NCBI GenBank assembly: GCA_963764165.1
Contig: CAVXRD010000003.1
Coordinates: 128,001-192,000, forward strand
Direction of reading: 5' to 3'
Source: an uncultured Verrucomicrobiae bacterium
Lineage (GTDB): Bacteria; Verrucomicrobiota; Verrucomicrobiia; Limisphaerales; Palsa-1400
DNA: 64,000 nt
A program made the position numbers and the translations under genes. Below, piece by piece: positions 8,981 through 19,351 of the stretch. The notes beneath the pieces were generated by a model that saw only the letters and a list, made by a program, of their open reading frames with translations, had not been told where the DNA came from and searched no databases. Each line of letters opens with the position of its first letter. Positions within the stretch are counted from its first letter, which is position 1.

Positions 8981-9907
8981 ATGACCGCGACCGAAATTAT
9001 TGGCGGGCTGAGCAGCCGCGAGATGGCTTTCCCTCAAGCCGCAATGGAGGCCGCCATTGCGCAAAGGGAAGAAATCACACCCCTTCTCCTCCAGGCATTG
9101 GAAGAAGCCGCCAAGGCGCCCGAGGAGTTTGCCGCCCAGCACCCTTGGCTCGTCGAAAGCGCAAGTTTCTTATTGGCGCAATTCCGCGAGAAGCGCGCCT
9201 ATCGGCCGCTGGTGAAAATCCTCGGCAACACGCAGGAGGATATCTATCCGCTCTTTGAAGATGCGCTCACTGGGGCGATGGACGTGATCCTTGCCTCTGT
9301 TTACGACGGCGATCCCGAGCCGCTCAAGCAGCTCGTTGAAAATACAGCGGTGGATGAGTCGGTGCGAGGATCTGCATTGAGCGCGTTTGTCATCATAAGC
9401 CATAGCGGGCAAATGAGCCGGCAGGAGGTGGTGGAATATTATCGGGAGTTGCTTCGCGGGAAATTGGAGCGCGAGCCGGCAGATGTTTGGATTGATTTGG
9501 TTGCCGCCTTGGCGAAGCTTCCCGCTCCGCAGCTCGCGGACGAATTAAAACCGGCGTTTGAAGACGGGGTTCTTGAACCGTTTTATTTCACATGGGAAGA
9601 GGTCGAGGCAGACCTGTTCATCCCCATCGAGGTAACCGAAAAAGATGAAAAATCAATACTCATGGATGACGCAGTGGCTGAGATGAAGGCGTGGAGTGAA
9701 TTTCGATTTGACGTGCAGCCACAAAACGAATTGCAGCCGCTTCCGGAGGATTTGTATCGGCCTCCTCCTACTCCTGATGATATCGACGTCATTGACGACG
9801 GCCTTCCGTTCGCCGGGCTTCGCCGAGAAGGCCCCAAAATCGGCCGCAACGACCCGTGCCCCTGTGGCAGCGGAAAGAAATATAAAAAATGCTGCCTGCG
9901 TGGATGA
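8981..9907 (+). CDS. DUF1186-like protein with C-terminal SEC-C zinc motif
   Basis: P.AA..AAI..REEI.P.LL and LLAQFRE..AY motifs; [20 protein letters not shown]. Confidence 0.85.
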   Translation: MTATEIIGGLSSREMAFPQAAMEAAIAQREEITPLLLQALEEAAKAPEEFAAQHPWLVESASFLLAQFREKRAYRPLVKILGNTQEDIYPLFEDALTGAMDVILASVYDGDPEPLKQLVENTAVDESVRGSALSAFVIISHSGQMSRQEVVEYYRELLRGKLEREPADVWIDLVAALAKLPAPQLADELKPAFEDGVLEPFYFTWEEVEADLFIPIEVTEKDEKSILMDDAVAEMKAWSEFRFDVQPQNELQPLPEDLYRPPPTPDDIDVIDDGLPFAGLRREGPKIGRNDPCPCGSGKKYKKCCLRG

Positions 9908-10067
9908 ATCGAAATCGTGTAGATTTAATTCGTATTCCTCTTCGTGGCCTCTGTGTGATTGCTGTTGAATTTTCCTGCCGTGAAAGGAAGAGCCAACAGG
10001 AGGTATCACTGGGCTTCTGGCAAGAGACCGTGAGGGGACGGCTTTCAGCAAAAGGACCGAGGGACTG

Positions 10068-10129
10068 GCCACAGATTCGCACAGATTGCACAGATCAAAA
10101 ATCTGTGTTGATCTGTGTGAATCTGTGGC
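10068..10129. repeat. Periodic inverted repeat, family B (compact copy)
   Basis: GCCACAGATTCGCACAGATTGCACAGAT-CAAAA-ATCTGTGTTGATCTGTGTGAATCTGTGGC. Confidence 0.85.
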
Positions 10130-10535
10130 TCTTTTGCCAGACGCGATGCTTCCTGTGACCGGTCTTTCTTTGAGTTCGGCCCTTCCAGATTCAAATTTCA
10201 GCATTTTTTCTCCAAAAATCGTGCCAAAAAACCTCTGGTAGGTTTTCTGTTTCGCGCCGAGTGTGCCAAAGTTCATTTATGCAAATGAATTGTCATATGC
10301 AGTGTGAAGCCGGCGACGAGGGTCAGTTGTCCGCCTGGTTGGCAGCCGTTCTGTCCTCGTTATGGGTCTGGTTTGTGTTGGCGGATGGCTGTTTTCAAGG
10401 TGCTCCATCGGCGGATTTCATTAAAGGTCCAGCGTTACGGTGGTTTTGGAGGAGCACAAACCGAGTCATCGTCGCCCTCACAGCTTCAAAAATCGCCCTC
10501 CCGAGACTTCGGCGGCGAATCTCACCTAATCCCGG

Positions 10536-10570
10536 CAAATGTAACCAAATGTAGGCAAATGTAAGCAAAT
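10536..10570. repeat. 10-bp tandem direct repeat (CAAATGTA core)
   Basis: CAAATGTAAC CAAATGTAGG CAAATGTAAG CAAAT, just upstream of the macrodomain gene. Confidence 0.7.
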
Positions 10571-10583
10571 CCCACCTGTTTTA

Positions 10584-11108
10584 ATGAAATTCGACGAGCG
10601 CATAGAAGTTGAAATGACAGACATCACGACGCTTAGAGTCGATGCCATCGTCAATGCCGCCAATACCTCCTTACTTGGCGGCGGCGGCGTCGACGGCGCG
10701 ATTCATCGGGCGGCGGGCGATTCATTGCTGGCAGAGTGCCGAATGCTGGGAGGATGCCGCACGGGAGACGCGAAAATCACTCGCGGGTATAATCTGCCTG
10801 CGAAATTTGTCTTTCACACCGTCGGGCCGATTTGGCATGGCGGCGGCGGGGGCGAGCCGGAGTTGCTCGCATCGTGCTATCGCGCCTGTTTTGAACTGGC
10901 ACGGACTCACGACGTTAAGACCATCGCTTTTCCCGCGATTAGTTGCGGCGTCTACGGCTTTCCGATTCAGAAGGCGGCGCAGATTGCCGTGCGTGAAGTC
11001 CGCGCCGCGCTGGAAGCGAACGAGGAGTTGCAGCGCGTCATTTTCGCGTGTTTTTCTGATGAGGTGTTCTCAGCCTGCCAAATCGCGATTGGGAGGCAGG
11101 AAACATGA
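10584..11108 (+). CDS. Macrodomain O-acetyl-ADP-ribose deacetylase (YmdB-like)
   Basis: DIT....[41 protein letters not shown]. Confidence 0.93.
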   Translation: MKFDERIEVEMTDITTLRVDAIVNAANTSLLGGGGVDGAIHRAAGDSLLAECRMLGGCRTGDAKITRGYNLPAKFVFHTVGPIWHGGGGGEPELLASCYRACFELARTHDVKTIAFPAISCGVYGFPIQKAAQIAVREVRAALEANEELQRVIFACFSDEVFSACQIAIGRQET

Positions 11109-11711
11109 ATCCTAAATTGCTTACCGAGGCAGGAAATCCGGAGAACCAGGATCGCGGCGTCGTCATTTACGATGGACCGCGCATCGTGATGAGCGTGGCG
11201 GATGGCGCGGGCGGCCGCAGCGGCGGCACCGAAGCCGCGTGCCGGGCGATTGAGTGGATTCGCGAGAATGTTTCAAATATGCATGACGCGGAATCTTGTT
11301 CTCAAATCCTCCGTGATTTGGACGAGAAAATTGCCAGTGATCCACAGGCGGGCGAAACGACGTGTGCGCCCGCAGTGGTGACGCGTGATGAAATCTACGG
11401 CGCAAGCGTCGGGGACTCGAGTATTTGGATGGTGCGGAATGACGGCGCGCACGATGATTTTACGCGCGATCAAGAGCGAAAACCGTTCATTGGGACTGGT
11501 GCCGCGTGGCCAGTATCGTTTCGGCATCCGAGACAATCTGGCTGTCTCCTGCTGGCTACAGACGGTTTGTTTAAATACGCCTCCGCGGAACGCATTACCA
11601 ACGCCTGCCTGCAAGATGAAGAAGTTGCCGGTTCTCAGCTCATCGGCCTGGTTCGGGTACTCGTCAGGTGCTTTCCCAGATGACGTTACTGTTGTGCTTT
11701 GCAGACTTTAA
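11105..11711 (+). pseudogene. PP2C/SpoIIE-type phosphatase with a +1 frameshift near the C-terminus (possibly a sequencing error)
   Basis: NQD, VADG.GG, SVGDS and ATDGL motifs; the terminal DDVTVV motif lies in another frame and is restored by deleting one G at 11655-11657. Confidence 0.8.
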
Positions 11712-11854
11712 GCGATCGATCACGAAATGTAATTCAACCTGACAGTTGCAATGAAACCGCAGCCATTTTTAATTGGCGCCGCAGGTGTTCTTCTCTTAAC
11801 GTGCCTTGACTGCCGAGGGGAGACAACCGGCGGATAATTGTTGACACGCATTAA

Positions 11855-13279
11855 ATGATGAAAGTCCACCCGCTTTATCTCAACGGCGAATTTGTGACGA
11901 CGGAGAAAACGTTTCCCGTCAAGAATCCCGCCACCACCGATGGCCTCGGCCAAATGTCGTCCATCGACAAGCCGCTTCTCAAAAAGGCAGTCCAGGATGC
12001 TCACGCGGCCTTCCCGGCTTGGCGCGCCCTGACCGCGAAGGCGCGCGGGGAATTTCTCCACAAAATCGCCAATGAACTCGAGCGCCGCCGCGACGAAATC
12101 GCGCGCATCATGACACAGGAAGCGGGGAAACCGCTGGCGCAAAGCGCCGGGGAACTCGCGATGACGTTCGATCACTTGCATTGGTTCGCCGAAGAGGCTA
12201 GACGCGGATATGGCCGCATCATTCCCCATCAAACGGACGGCAAGCGAAACCTCGTTATCAAAACTCCGATTGGGGTGGTGGGAGCGATTGGGCCCTGGAA
12301 TTTTCCATTAGTGCTCGGTGTGCGGAAAGTTGCGCCCGCGATGGCGGCGGGCTGTCCTGTCATTTTGAAGCCCGCCTCCGCCACTCCGTTGTGCAATGTG
12401 GCCTTTGCCGAGGCCTGCCACGCCGCCGGAGTGCCGAAGGGCGTGTTCCAATTGGTGGCTGGTTCAGCGTCGCAGATCGCTGGAGAATTTCTCGAAAATC
12501 CACTCGTGCGGAAAATCAGCTTCACCGGTTCGACGGAGGTGGGGCGGAGTTTGATCGCGGGCGCGGCGGCGCTTATCAAGCCTCTCTCCCTCGAACTTGG
12601 CGGATTGAATCCCGTTCTTGTGTTTGACGACGCCGATTTGGAAAAAGCGGTCGACGGCGCGATGGTGGCCAAATTCCGCAACACCGGCCAGTCATGCATC
12701 GCCGCCAACCGCATTTACGCGCAGCGGGGAATTTATGATCGTTTTGTGAAGCGTCTGGTGGAGAAGACGGCAGCGTTGAAGGTCGGAAACGGAATGGAGC
12801 CAGATGTCCAGATCGGCCCGCTCATCGACGAGAACGCTGTCAACAAAGCATTGGAGCATATCGCCGACGCCGTCCAGCGCGGCGCCCGCGTGTTGTGCGG
12901 AGGAAAGCGGCTGGAGCGGTCCGGCTATTTTATCGAGGCGACCGTTCTGGCGGATGTTCCAAAGGACAGCCTATGCATGCGCGAAGAGACATTTGCGCCA
13001 GTGGCTGCAGTGACGCCATTTTCGACGGAGGCCGAAGCGATTGAGGCTGCCAATGGGTCGCCGTTCGGCTTGTCTGCTTATGTTTTCACGCAGGACTTGG
13101 GGCGCGTCTTTCGAGTCATGGAGCAAATCGAGGCCGGCATGGTCGCAATCAACGACGGCCTGCCGACGACCACCAACGCGCCATTCGGCGGTGTCAAACA
13201 AAGCGGCTGGGGGCGCGAGTTGGGAAGCGAAGGGCTTGATGCCTATCTCGAAACCAAACACGTTTCTATCGCCATCTGA
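11855..13279 (+). CDS. gabD: NAD(P)-dependent succinate-semialdehyde dehydrogenase family aldehyde dehydrogenase
   Basis: PWNFP, SFTGST, LELGG, FRNTGQSC, EETFAP, PFGGVKQSG.GRE. Confidence 0.85.
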   Translation: MMKVHPLYLNGEFVTTEKTFPVKNPATTDGLGQMSSIDKPLLKKAVQDAHAAFPAWRALTAKARGEFLHKIANELERRRDEIARIMTQEAGKPLAQSAGELAMTFDHLHWFAEEARRGYGRIIPHQTDGKRNLVIKTPIGVVGAIGPWNFPLVLGVRKVAPAMAAGCPVILKPASATPLCNVAFAEACHAAGVPKGVFQLVAGSASQIAGEFLENPLVRKISFTGSTEVGRSLIAGAAALIKPLSLELGGLNPVLVFDDADLEKAVDGAMVAKFRNTGQSCIAANRIYAQRGIYDRFVKRLVEKTAALKVGNGMEPDVQIGPLIDENAVNKALEHIADAVQRGARVLCGGKRLERSGYFIEATVLADVPKDSLCMREETFAPVAAVTPFSTEAEAIEAANGSPFGLSAYVFTQDLGRVFRVMEQIEAGMVAINDGLPTTTNAPFGGVKQSGWGRELGSEGLDAYLETKHVSIAI

Positions 13280-13404
13280 CATAGGCGTGAAAATTGACCA
13301 TGAAATGCGCCGGTATTAGTGTGTGGGGGGCAGAAGATATGAAAGCGGGAAATCAATTCATTTGGAGCGTCTCGCTGGCGCTGGGGCGTGGTCAAAAGTG
13401 GGTG

Positions 13405-14676
13405 ATGCGCGCCAACAATCTGGCGGAGCGCGGCTGTGTCGGAGACCCGCCGCAGCAACGCGCAATTAACCGGCGCGCTTGGCTGTGCAACGCGCTGCGG
13501 CTGGTCTTCGACACAGCCGCGCTCCGCCGCAGGCCTGATGTCGCTCACCCGCTTCCAACTGCAACCGTGGCGCTGTTGTTATTATTTGTTCAGGCTCGCG
13601 CCCAGGATGCCGGCAACATTTCCGTTCGCAACGAGGTCCGGCACGCGGAGGCCAAGGGGCGGGCCTGGCTTGAATCGAAACAGAATACGAACGGCTGGTG
13701 GTCCTCGGCCGATCACCCGGCGCTGACCGCCCTGGTTGTGACGGCCTTGCTCGGGCCAGCGCCGGAAAAAACGATGTCTCCCGCCATCGAAAAGGGTTAC
13801 GATTACATGCTCGGCTGCGTCCAGGCTGATGGCGGCATTTACAAGGATGAACTGCAGTCTTACAACACGTCTGTTGTTTTGACGGCGCTGGCGTTGCGAA
13901 ACCGGCCTTCCGACCAACCCGTTATTGAAAAGGCGCGTCACTATTTGATTGGCCTTCAGGTGGGAGACGCGCCTGTGGACGGCACGAATGGCGTCTTTAG
14001 CGGCGGGATTGGCTACGGCGGCGCGCAGAAACGCCCTGATCTTTCCAATACTTTGCTTGCGCTCGAAGCGCTCTATCATACCAAGCCTGCAACGCTCGAT
14101 GCAAATGGCGCGAAGGCTCCCGATTTGAATTGGAAAGCTGCCATCAGGTTCGTTCAGAATTGCCAGAATCTTCCGGGTTCCAACGCGCAGCCATGGGTGG
14201 CCGACGACCCAAAAGACAAGGGCGGTTTTGTTTACGCGCCCGGACGGAGCAACGCGGGAGAAACCAATCTGGCTTCCGGCAGAATTGCGCTCCGCTCATA
14301 CGGTTCGATGACTTATGCGGGCCTCTTGAGTTACGTTTACTCCGATCTGAAAACCGACGATCCGCGGGTGGCGGCCGCGCTGGATTGGCTGCGCGGAAAT
14401 TATACGGTGGAGGAAAACCCGGGAATGGGACAGCAGGGGCTTTATTATTATTATCTTTTGATGGCCAAAGCCCTGACCTTTGCCAATGTTGACACGCTCG
14501 AAACCGCTGGCGGCAGGAAGATCAACTGGCGCGAAGAACTGGCGCTGAAACTCATCAACCTCCAGCACGGCGACGGTTCATGGGCCAATGGCGCCGGGCG
14601 GTGGTGGGAAAAGGATCCAATTCTTGACACCGCCTATGCCGTGACGGCGATGGAGATGCTCGAAAACAAGCTGTGA
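13405..14676 (+). CDS. Secreted prenyltransferase/squalene-cyclase repeat protein (start uncertain: 13294, 13339 or 13405)
   Basis: QW-type repeats (WLESKQ..NGWW, Q.DGG, LQ..DGSW), DLSNT, YGSMTYAG; signal peptide ending ARA-QD. Confidence 0.8.
   Translation: MRANNLAERGCVGDPPQQRAINRRAWLCNALRLVFDTAALRRRPDVAHPLPTATVALLLLFVQARAQDAGNISVRNEVRHAEAKGRAWLESKQNTNGWWSSADHPALTALVVTALLGPAPEKTMSPAIEKGYDYMLGCVQADGGIYKDELQSYNTSVVLTALALRNRPSDQPVIEKARHYLIGLQVGDAPVDGTNGVFSGGIGYGGAQKRPDLSNTLLALEALYHTKPATLDANGAKAPDLNWKAAIRFVQNCQNLPGSNAQPWVADDPKDKGGFVYAPGRSNAGETNLASGRIALRSYGSMTYAGLLSYVYSDLKTDDPRVAAALDWLRGNYTVEENPGMGQQGLYYYYLLMAKALTFANVDTLETAGGRKINWREELALKLINLQHGDGSWANGAGRWWEKDPILDTAYAVTAMEMLENKL
13422..13528. repeat. 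Palindromic REP-like element, family D
   Basis: GGCGGAGCGCGGCTGTGTCGGAGACC...GGTCTTCGACACAGCCGCGCTCCGCC; related arms at ~33119 and 35041. Confidence 0.8.
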
Positions 14677-15446
14677 AATTCCGCGCGAGGATATTTATAG
14701 CATTGATGATTGCGGCTGGTCTTGTTTCCGTTTCCGCCCGGCAGGACCCGGCCCCCGCGGCGCCCGCGGAAACGAAGGCTCCCGAGGCGCTGATGACCGC
14801 GCTGACGAACACTCCGGTGAAAGAAATCGAGCCGGGCATCTATGAGATCGGCTTGGTGCGGTTAGATTCAAAGGCGCGCACTGTGACTTTTCCCGCGACG
14901 CTGAACAAAGCGCGCGGGCTGATGGAGTATTTTGTTGTCACGGCCTACGGCAAAACCCACGAGAGCATTTTGAAGACAAAGGCCGAGCCGTATCACATTC
15001 ACCTTGCGATGGTTTTGCTGGGCGCTCACGGGCCGGGAGACACGAATTTTTCCGGCGCCCCGGCCGACGGCGTTCCCGGGCCGATTGTGCATCCGTCCCG
15101 CGATTCCGTCCCGGGCGACAAAGCGGGAGTTACTGTCAAGTGGAAGAACGGGCAGGATGAAGTGCGGCACGCCGCGGAGGAAATGGTTTGGAAGAAGGAT
15201 GACCGGAAAACGATGGGGCAGGGGATGTGGACTTACAACGGCTCGCTCATTGTGCACAATAAATTTCTAGCGCAATTGGACGGCTCGCTGATTTCGCTCG
15301 TGACAGACCCGGTGGCTCTTGTCAATAATACAGGGCCCGGCCACGAAAACGACCTTATCTGGGAGCCGAACACGAATAACCTCCCGCCAGCCTCCACCCC
15401 CGTGGAAGTGACCATTACGCTAGCTGGCCCGCCGAAACCCGACTAA
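14673..15446 (+). CDS. Secreted YdjY-domain-like protein
   Basis: Signal peptide, EY..V...GKTHES, H.A..LLG, W.YNGS; GTGA-coupled to the upstream gene. Confidence 0.7.
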   Translation: MKFRARIFIALMIAAGLVSVSARQDPAPAAPAETKAPEALMTALTNTPVKEIEPGIYEIGLVRLDSKARTVTFPATLNKARGLMEYFVVTAYGKTHESILKTKAEPYHIHLAMVLLGAHGPGDTNFSGAPADGVPGPIVHPSRDSVPGDKAGVTVKWKNGQDEVRHAAEEMVWKKDDRKTMGQGMWTYNGSLIVHNKFLAQLDGSLISLVTDPVALVNNTGPGHENDLIWEPNTNNLPPASTPVEVTITLAGPPKPD

Positions 15447-15455
15447 CACCCGGCA

Positions 15456-17405
15456 TCACGGTGCGCGCAACACATCGTCCAAATTCGTAACAATCGCTTC
15501 GACGGTGTAGGGCTTGGGAATCAACCGCTTGGCGCCAGCTTCGAGAACTTTTGCCTGCAGCTCTTTGTTCGGCGAACCACTGGAGGCGATAATGCGAACG
15601 TTCGGCTTGATGACCATCAGCGCCCGAATCAACGCATGTCCGTCCATGATGGGCATAATAACATCGGTGATGATAACTTCGATTTCATCCTTGTGCCGCG
15701 CGTAGACGGCGACGGCTTCAGCTCCGTTGGATGCAGTCAATACAGAGTAGCCGTAGGCTTCCAGCGTCTGCTTAGTTAACGTCCGAATGGCGGCCTCGTC
15801 GTCCACTACAAGCACGCATTCGCCGTGGCCGCGAACAAAATGAACCTCGTCCGTCGGCGGGGCGGATGCATGCTGTTCCGCAGCGGCCGGCAGCCAGATT
15901 TCAAAGGTCGATCCGGTGCCAAGTTCGGATTCAAGCTCCATGAATCCTGCGTGCGTTTTGACAATTGCCAGGGAGGTTGAGAGGCCAAGCCCCGTGCCGA
16001 GACCCTGGCCTTTCGTGGTGAAGAACGGATCGAAAATTTTGCTTTTGATGACAGGATCAATGCCGGTGCCTGAGTCCTTCACTTTAATGACGACATACTT
16101 TCCGGGTTCCGCGCCATCGGGTCCACCTGGGGTAGAGCCGTCAAGCAATATGTCCTCTACCGAGACGAGAAGCTGTCCGCCGTCGGGCATCGCGTCCCGC
16201 GCATTGATGCAGAGATTGAGAAGCACTTGGTGAAGCTGAGTCGGATCCGCCATGACGATCCATGTGCTCCTCGGCAGATGCGATTTGACACGGATGGTTT
16301 TGGGAAAGGTCTGCCGCGCGATGCTGACGATTTCACGGATGATGTGCTGCGGCTGGACGGCGAGCCTCTGGCCCTCCATGCCTCGCGCGAACGACAGCAC
16401 TTGTTTGACCAGATCAACACCGCGCTGGGCGCTGCCCTCGATCATTTCCAGGAGGCTGCGCGGCCGCTCTTCGTGAACTTCCTTGGCCAGCAAATCGCAC
16501 GACATGATGATGGGGGCGAGGACGTTGTTCAAATCATGCGCGATTCCGCCCGCAAGCATGCCAATATTCTCGAGCCGCTGCGCGCGTAGAAACTGGTCCT
16601 CCAGGCGGCTCTTGTCCTCTTCCAGTCTTTTGCGCTCGGTAATGTCGATCAAAGCACCCACGATTTTAGCAGGGCGGCCCGGCTCGTTTTGGACAAGTTT
16701 GCCGCTGTCTTCGATCCAATGATAGATCCCGTTTTTGTGCCGGATTCGGTACTGCGTTGAGTGCGTGCCGGCCGCCATTCCCTTTGTGGCTCCCTTCACT
16801 GCGCCAGCCAGGTCGTCTGGATGAAGGCAATCTGTCCACCACGAAGCTGTCATCGTTTCCGCTGCCGAGTATCCAAGCATTCGTTCGATATTCTCGCTGA
16901 CTCTAACTGGAAGGAATTGTTGGCCCTGAACTTCCAATTCGTAAATGACGACCGGGCTGTGCGCGACCATTTGGCGAAGCGCTTCATGCGTGCGGCGCAA
17001 ATCGGCTTCGTCAGTGATGCGCTGGCGGCGGAGTTGGGCTTGTTCCAGCGCCCGTTCGACGGCGCTGCCAAGGCGTGCAATTCGATCTTTAAGGAGATAA
17101 TCGGTCGCTCCGTGCCTCATAGCTTCCACTGCGGCATCTTCTCCGACGGTGCCGGAGACAAGAATGAAAGGTATCAGCAGCCCGGTTTCTTGAAGAATTT
17201 TCGCGGCGCGCAATCCGCTGAATTGCGGAAGTGAGTAATCACATAGTATCAAGTCAGGGAGCTTCTTGATTTCCGTCACAAAATCCGCCTCGGTTTCAAC
17301 TCGTGTCCACGATGGATCGAACCCGTCGCGCTTCAACTGCGCCAGAATCAAGCCAGCATCGTCGGGCGAGTCTTCAACCAGGAGCAAATGGAGCGGCCTC
17401 TTCAT
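15456..17405 (-). CDS. Hybrid histidine kinase REC-PAS-HisKA-HATPase-REC
   Basis: LLVED, PAS (HPDD...YRIRHK.G...W), GIAHDLNN, NLCINARDAM, DPFFTTK, GTGLGL, C-terminal receiver. Confidence 0.93.
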   Translation of the reverse strand: MKRPLHLLLVEDSPDDAGLILAQLKRDGFDPSWTRVETEADFVTEIKKLPDLILCDYSLPQFSGLRAAKILQETGLLIPFILVSGTVGEDAAVEAMRHGATDYLLKDRIARLGSAVERALEQAQLRRQRITDEADLRRTHEALRQMVAHSPVVIYELEVQGQQFLPVRVSENIERMLGYSAAETMTASWWTDCLHPDDLAGAVKGATKGMAAGTHSTQYRIRHKNGIYHWIEDSGKLVQNEPGRPAKIVGALIDITERKRLEEDKSRLEDQFLRAQRLENIGMLAGGIAHDLNNVLAPIIMSCDLLAKEVHEERPRSLLEMIEGSAQRGVDLVKQVLSFARGMEGQRLAVQPQHIIREIVSIARQTFPKTIRVKSHLPRSTWIVMADPTQLHQVLLNLCINARDAMPDGGQLLVSVEDILLDGSTPGGPDGAEPGKYVVIKVKDSGTGIDPVIKSKIFDPFFTTKGQGLGTGLGLSTSLAIVKTHAGFMELESELGTGSTFEIWLPAAAEQHASAPPTDEVHFVRGHGECVLVVDDEAAIRTLTKQTLEAYGYSVLTASNGAEAVAVYARHKDEIEVIITDVIMPIMDGHALIRALMVIKPNVRIIASSGSPNKELQAKVLEAGAKRLIPKPYTVEAIVTNLDDVLRAP

Positions 17406-17927
17406 GTTGGGCCTCCGGATAAGGGCGTGATTAATTTGAATTCCAAATGGATCCTCCGGGCGAAAGGCTGGGATGGAAAACATCCAAAACCATCGCGTGG
17501 AGCGTGCCGCGTTGCCCCCGCGGGTCGTCGCGCCCTGGCGAATCGCGTCGCTCGCGGGCTGATCTCAAGTCGACCGTGGGGATTGCGTGTGTCAAATCAA
17601 AGGCCGCCAAAGGGCGTGGGACTTCCAAATCACAAAACATGCGGCAATGCGGTTTGCGGCGGAACATAGGACTTCGCGCACGGCAGCCATAGCCGGTCAA
17701 GCCGTCCGCCGTGGACTTCGCGACAGTACAAAATATATAGTTGATGAAATTCGCATTCCCTATGAAGTTCCCCATTGGCCCCCATCGCATCTCATCCAAA
17801 GAGACGCTGTTCGGGCCGCTATAGTCTTCTGCGGACGCGGCGGGATGACGTTTAAGCGCCATGCTCATTGGAATAAACCAGCCTAATCTCAATGTGACAG
17901 TGATGTCAATAATGAAAGCGCAAAAGG

Positions 17928-18644
17928 TCACGAATTTTTGGCCCGCTTTCCGTTTGCCTCCCGCATGAGCGCCCATTGCAAATTCAACCAGGGGGTCGCC
18001 TCGCCGAGGCTTTGAAAATCCAGCGGCTTGACAATAAAGCAGTCCGCCCCGCGGCGCTTGCATTCCGCCATCTCGGGTCCCTCGTGCGATGCTGTCAAAA
18101 TAACAACAGGAATGTGCATGGTGCGCGGGTCGGCCTTGATGCGGCGCAGCACCTCAATGCCGTCGATCTTTGGCAGATCCAAATCCAGCAGTACAAGGAG
18201 CGGTTTGCTGGAAGGCATGCGGCGGGCGAAGCGCCCGGTGTAAAATAAATAATCCAGCGCATCCTTGCCGTCGCTGACGACCTGGATCGGGTTGGCCATT
18301 TTCGCTTTGCGGAATGCGCTGATCGTCAGTTCGGCATCCTCCGTGTTGTCCTCAACCATCAGTATATCCACGAACTCGGCTTGGTGCCCATTGCCATGGG
18401 AGCCGTTCTTGCGCTTGGGGCCGGCGTGGGGCGCCAGCAGCAAGTCCGCTATCGAGACACGCAGTGCTCCAGCGAGCTTTTCGATGCTCTTCAAGGTCAC
18501 GTTTCTCCCGCCGCCCTCGATTCCTGCGATGTAGGTGCGGTGCAATCCCGCGCGCTCTGCCAATTCCTCCTGCGACATTCCCAATTTATGCCGCAGAGTC
18601 CTGACGGAAGTACCGAATCCCGATATAATTTGCGATTCCAACAT
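17928..18644 (-). CDS. XRE-HTH fused to a C-terminal Rcp1-like receiver domain
   Basis: SQEELAERAGLHRTYI..IE.G.RN HTH; ILMVEDN, LLDLDLPKIDG, VVILTAS, KP. Confidence 0.88.
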   Translation of the reverse strand: MLESQIISGFGTSVRTLRHKLGMSQEELAERAGLHRTYIAGIEGGGRNVTLKSIEKLAGALRVSIADLLLAPHAGPKRKNGSHGNGHQAEFVDILMVEDNTEDAELTISAFRKAKMANPIQVVSDGKDALDYLFYTGRFARRMPSSKPLLVLLDLDLPKIDGIEVLRRIKADPRTMHIPVVILTASHEGPEMAECKRRGADCFIVKPLDFQSLGEATPWLNLQWALMREANGKRAKNS

Positions 18645-19026
18645 TAAAGCTTGGTTGAGAATCTTAAAAGACCGGCCATTCGACAACAGACTACGAGTAA
18701 CAATTTACATTTTCCTGAAATGCGTCACTCATAGGCTGCATTCCCCGGGCTGCAACGCTGGAAAGTTTCCCGGATTCCCGCAAAAAAACGCGGCCCAAAA
18801 TCACGAATTATTGCGGTGGTCGCCGTTAAAGCATCACATGCCTTTCAACATTGTCAATTAGTGAAAAACCTGAACGCGCGCGCAGTTTTGCAAGGGCGTC
18901 GCCCCCCCTGCGGCACCATAGGGCCGCGTCGCGGCCGAATATTTGCGCGTAAAAGAGAGGGGATGCATGATAAAGTGGTAATGGTATTGACTAAGTTTCT
19001 GGCCTGCTTTGATAGGGTGCATTTTG

Positions 19027-19344
19027 CTACTGAGTTTCACCCGGGAGGGCTGCGGCCACCCGGCGCAAGTAATCGAAGGAGAAAATTCCCGAACTGTGGC
19101 CGTCAGCCCATACGGGCTTCAGGCCGTAACCGCCGACAGACTCAATTCGCGCCAGTTGAAACGACCGGGCCGGGAGCGGGTTGTCCGGGCCTTTATGGAG
19201 GTTCCCCATGATGTCGCGCTCGCCCATGCAGCCTGCGCACGGACAGGCCCGGCGCAAGGCCTCAAGCGGGATAAAGCTTTCAGAATTGTCGTCCCACTTG
19301 ACCGCTAGCTCCCCGCCGATTTGCTGGATGTCGATGGGGTTCAA
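19027..19344 (-). CDS. DUF971 (GBBH N-terminal-like) metal-binding protein, TTG start
   Basis: LAVKW.D, LRRACPCA.C, VGGYG....W.DGHSSGIFSF.YL. Confidence 0.88.
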   Translation of the reverse strand: MNPIDIQQIGGELAVKWDDNSESFIPLEALRRACPCAGCMGERDIMGNLHKGPDNPLPARSFQLARIESVGGYGLKPVWADGHSSGIFSFDYLRRVAAALPGETQ

Positions 19345-19351
19345 AAGGAGT

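Noticed and set aside
10068..10129. CACAGAT repeats as a mini CRISPR array
   Set aside because: Units are ~10 bp and inverted, lack unique spacers, and no cas genes are present
13405..14676. Squalene-hopene cyclase
   Set aside because: Too short, exported, and lacks the DXDD motif; only the repeat fold is shared
17490..17927. Intergenic region between the XRE-REC gene and the hybrid kinase
   Set aside because: No credible ORF, repeat or RNA motif recognised
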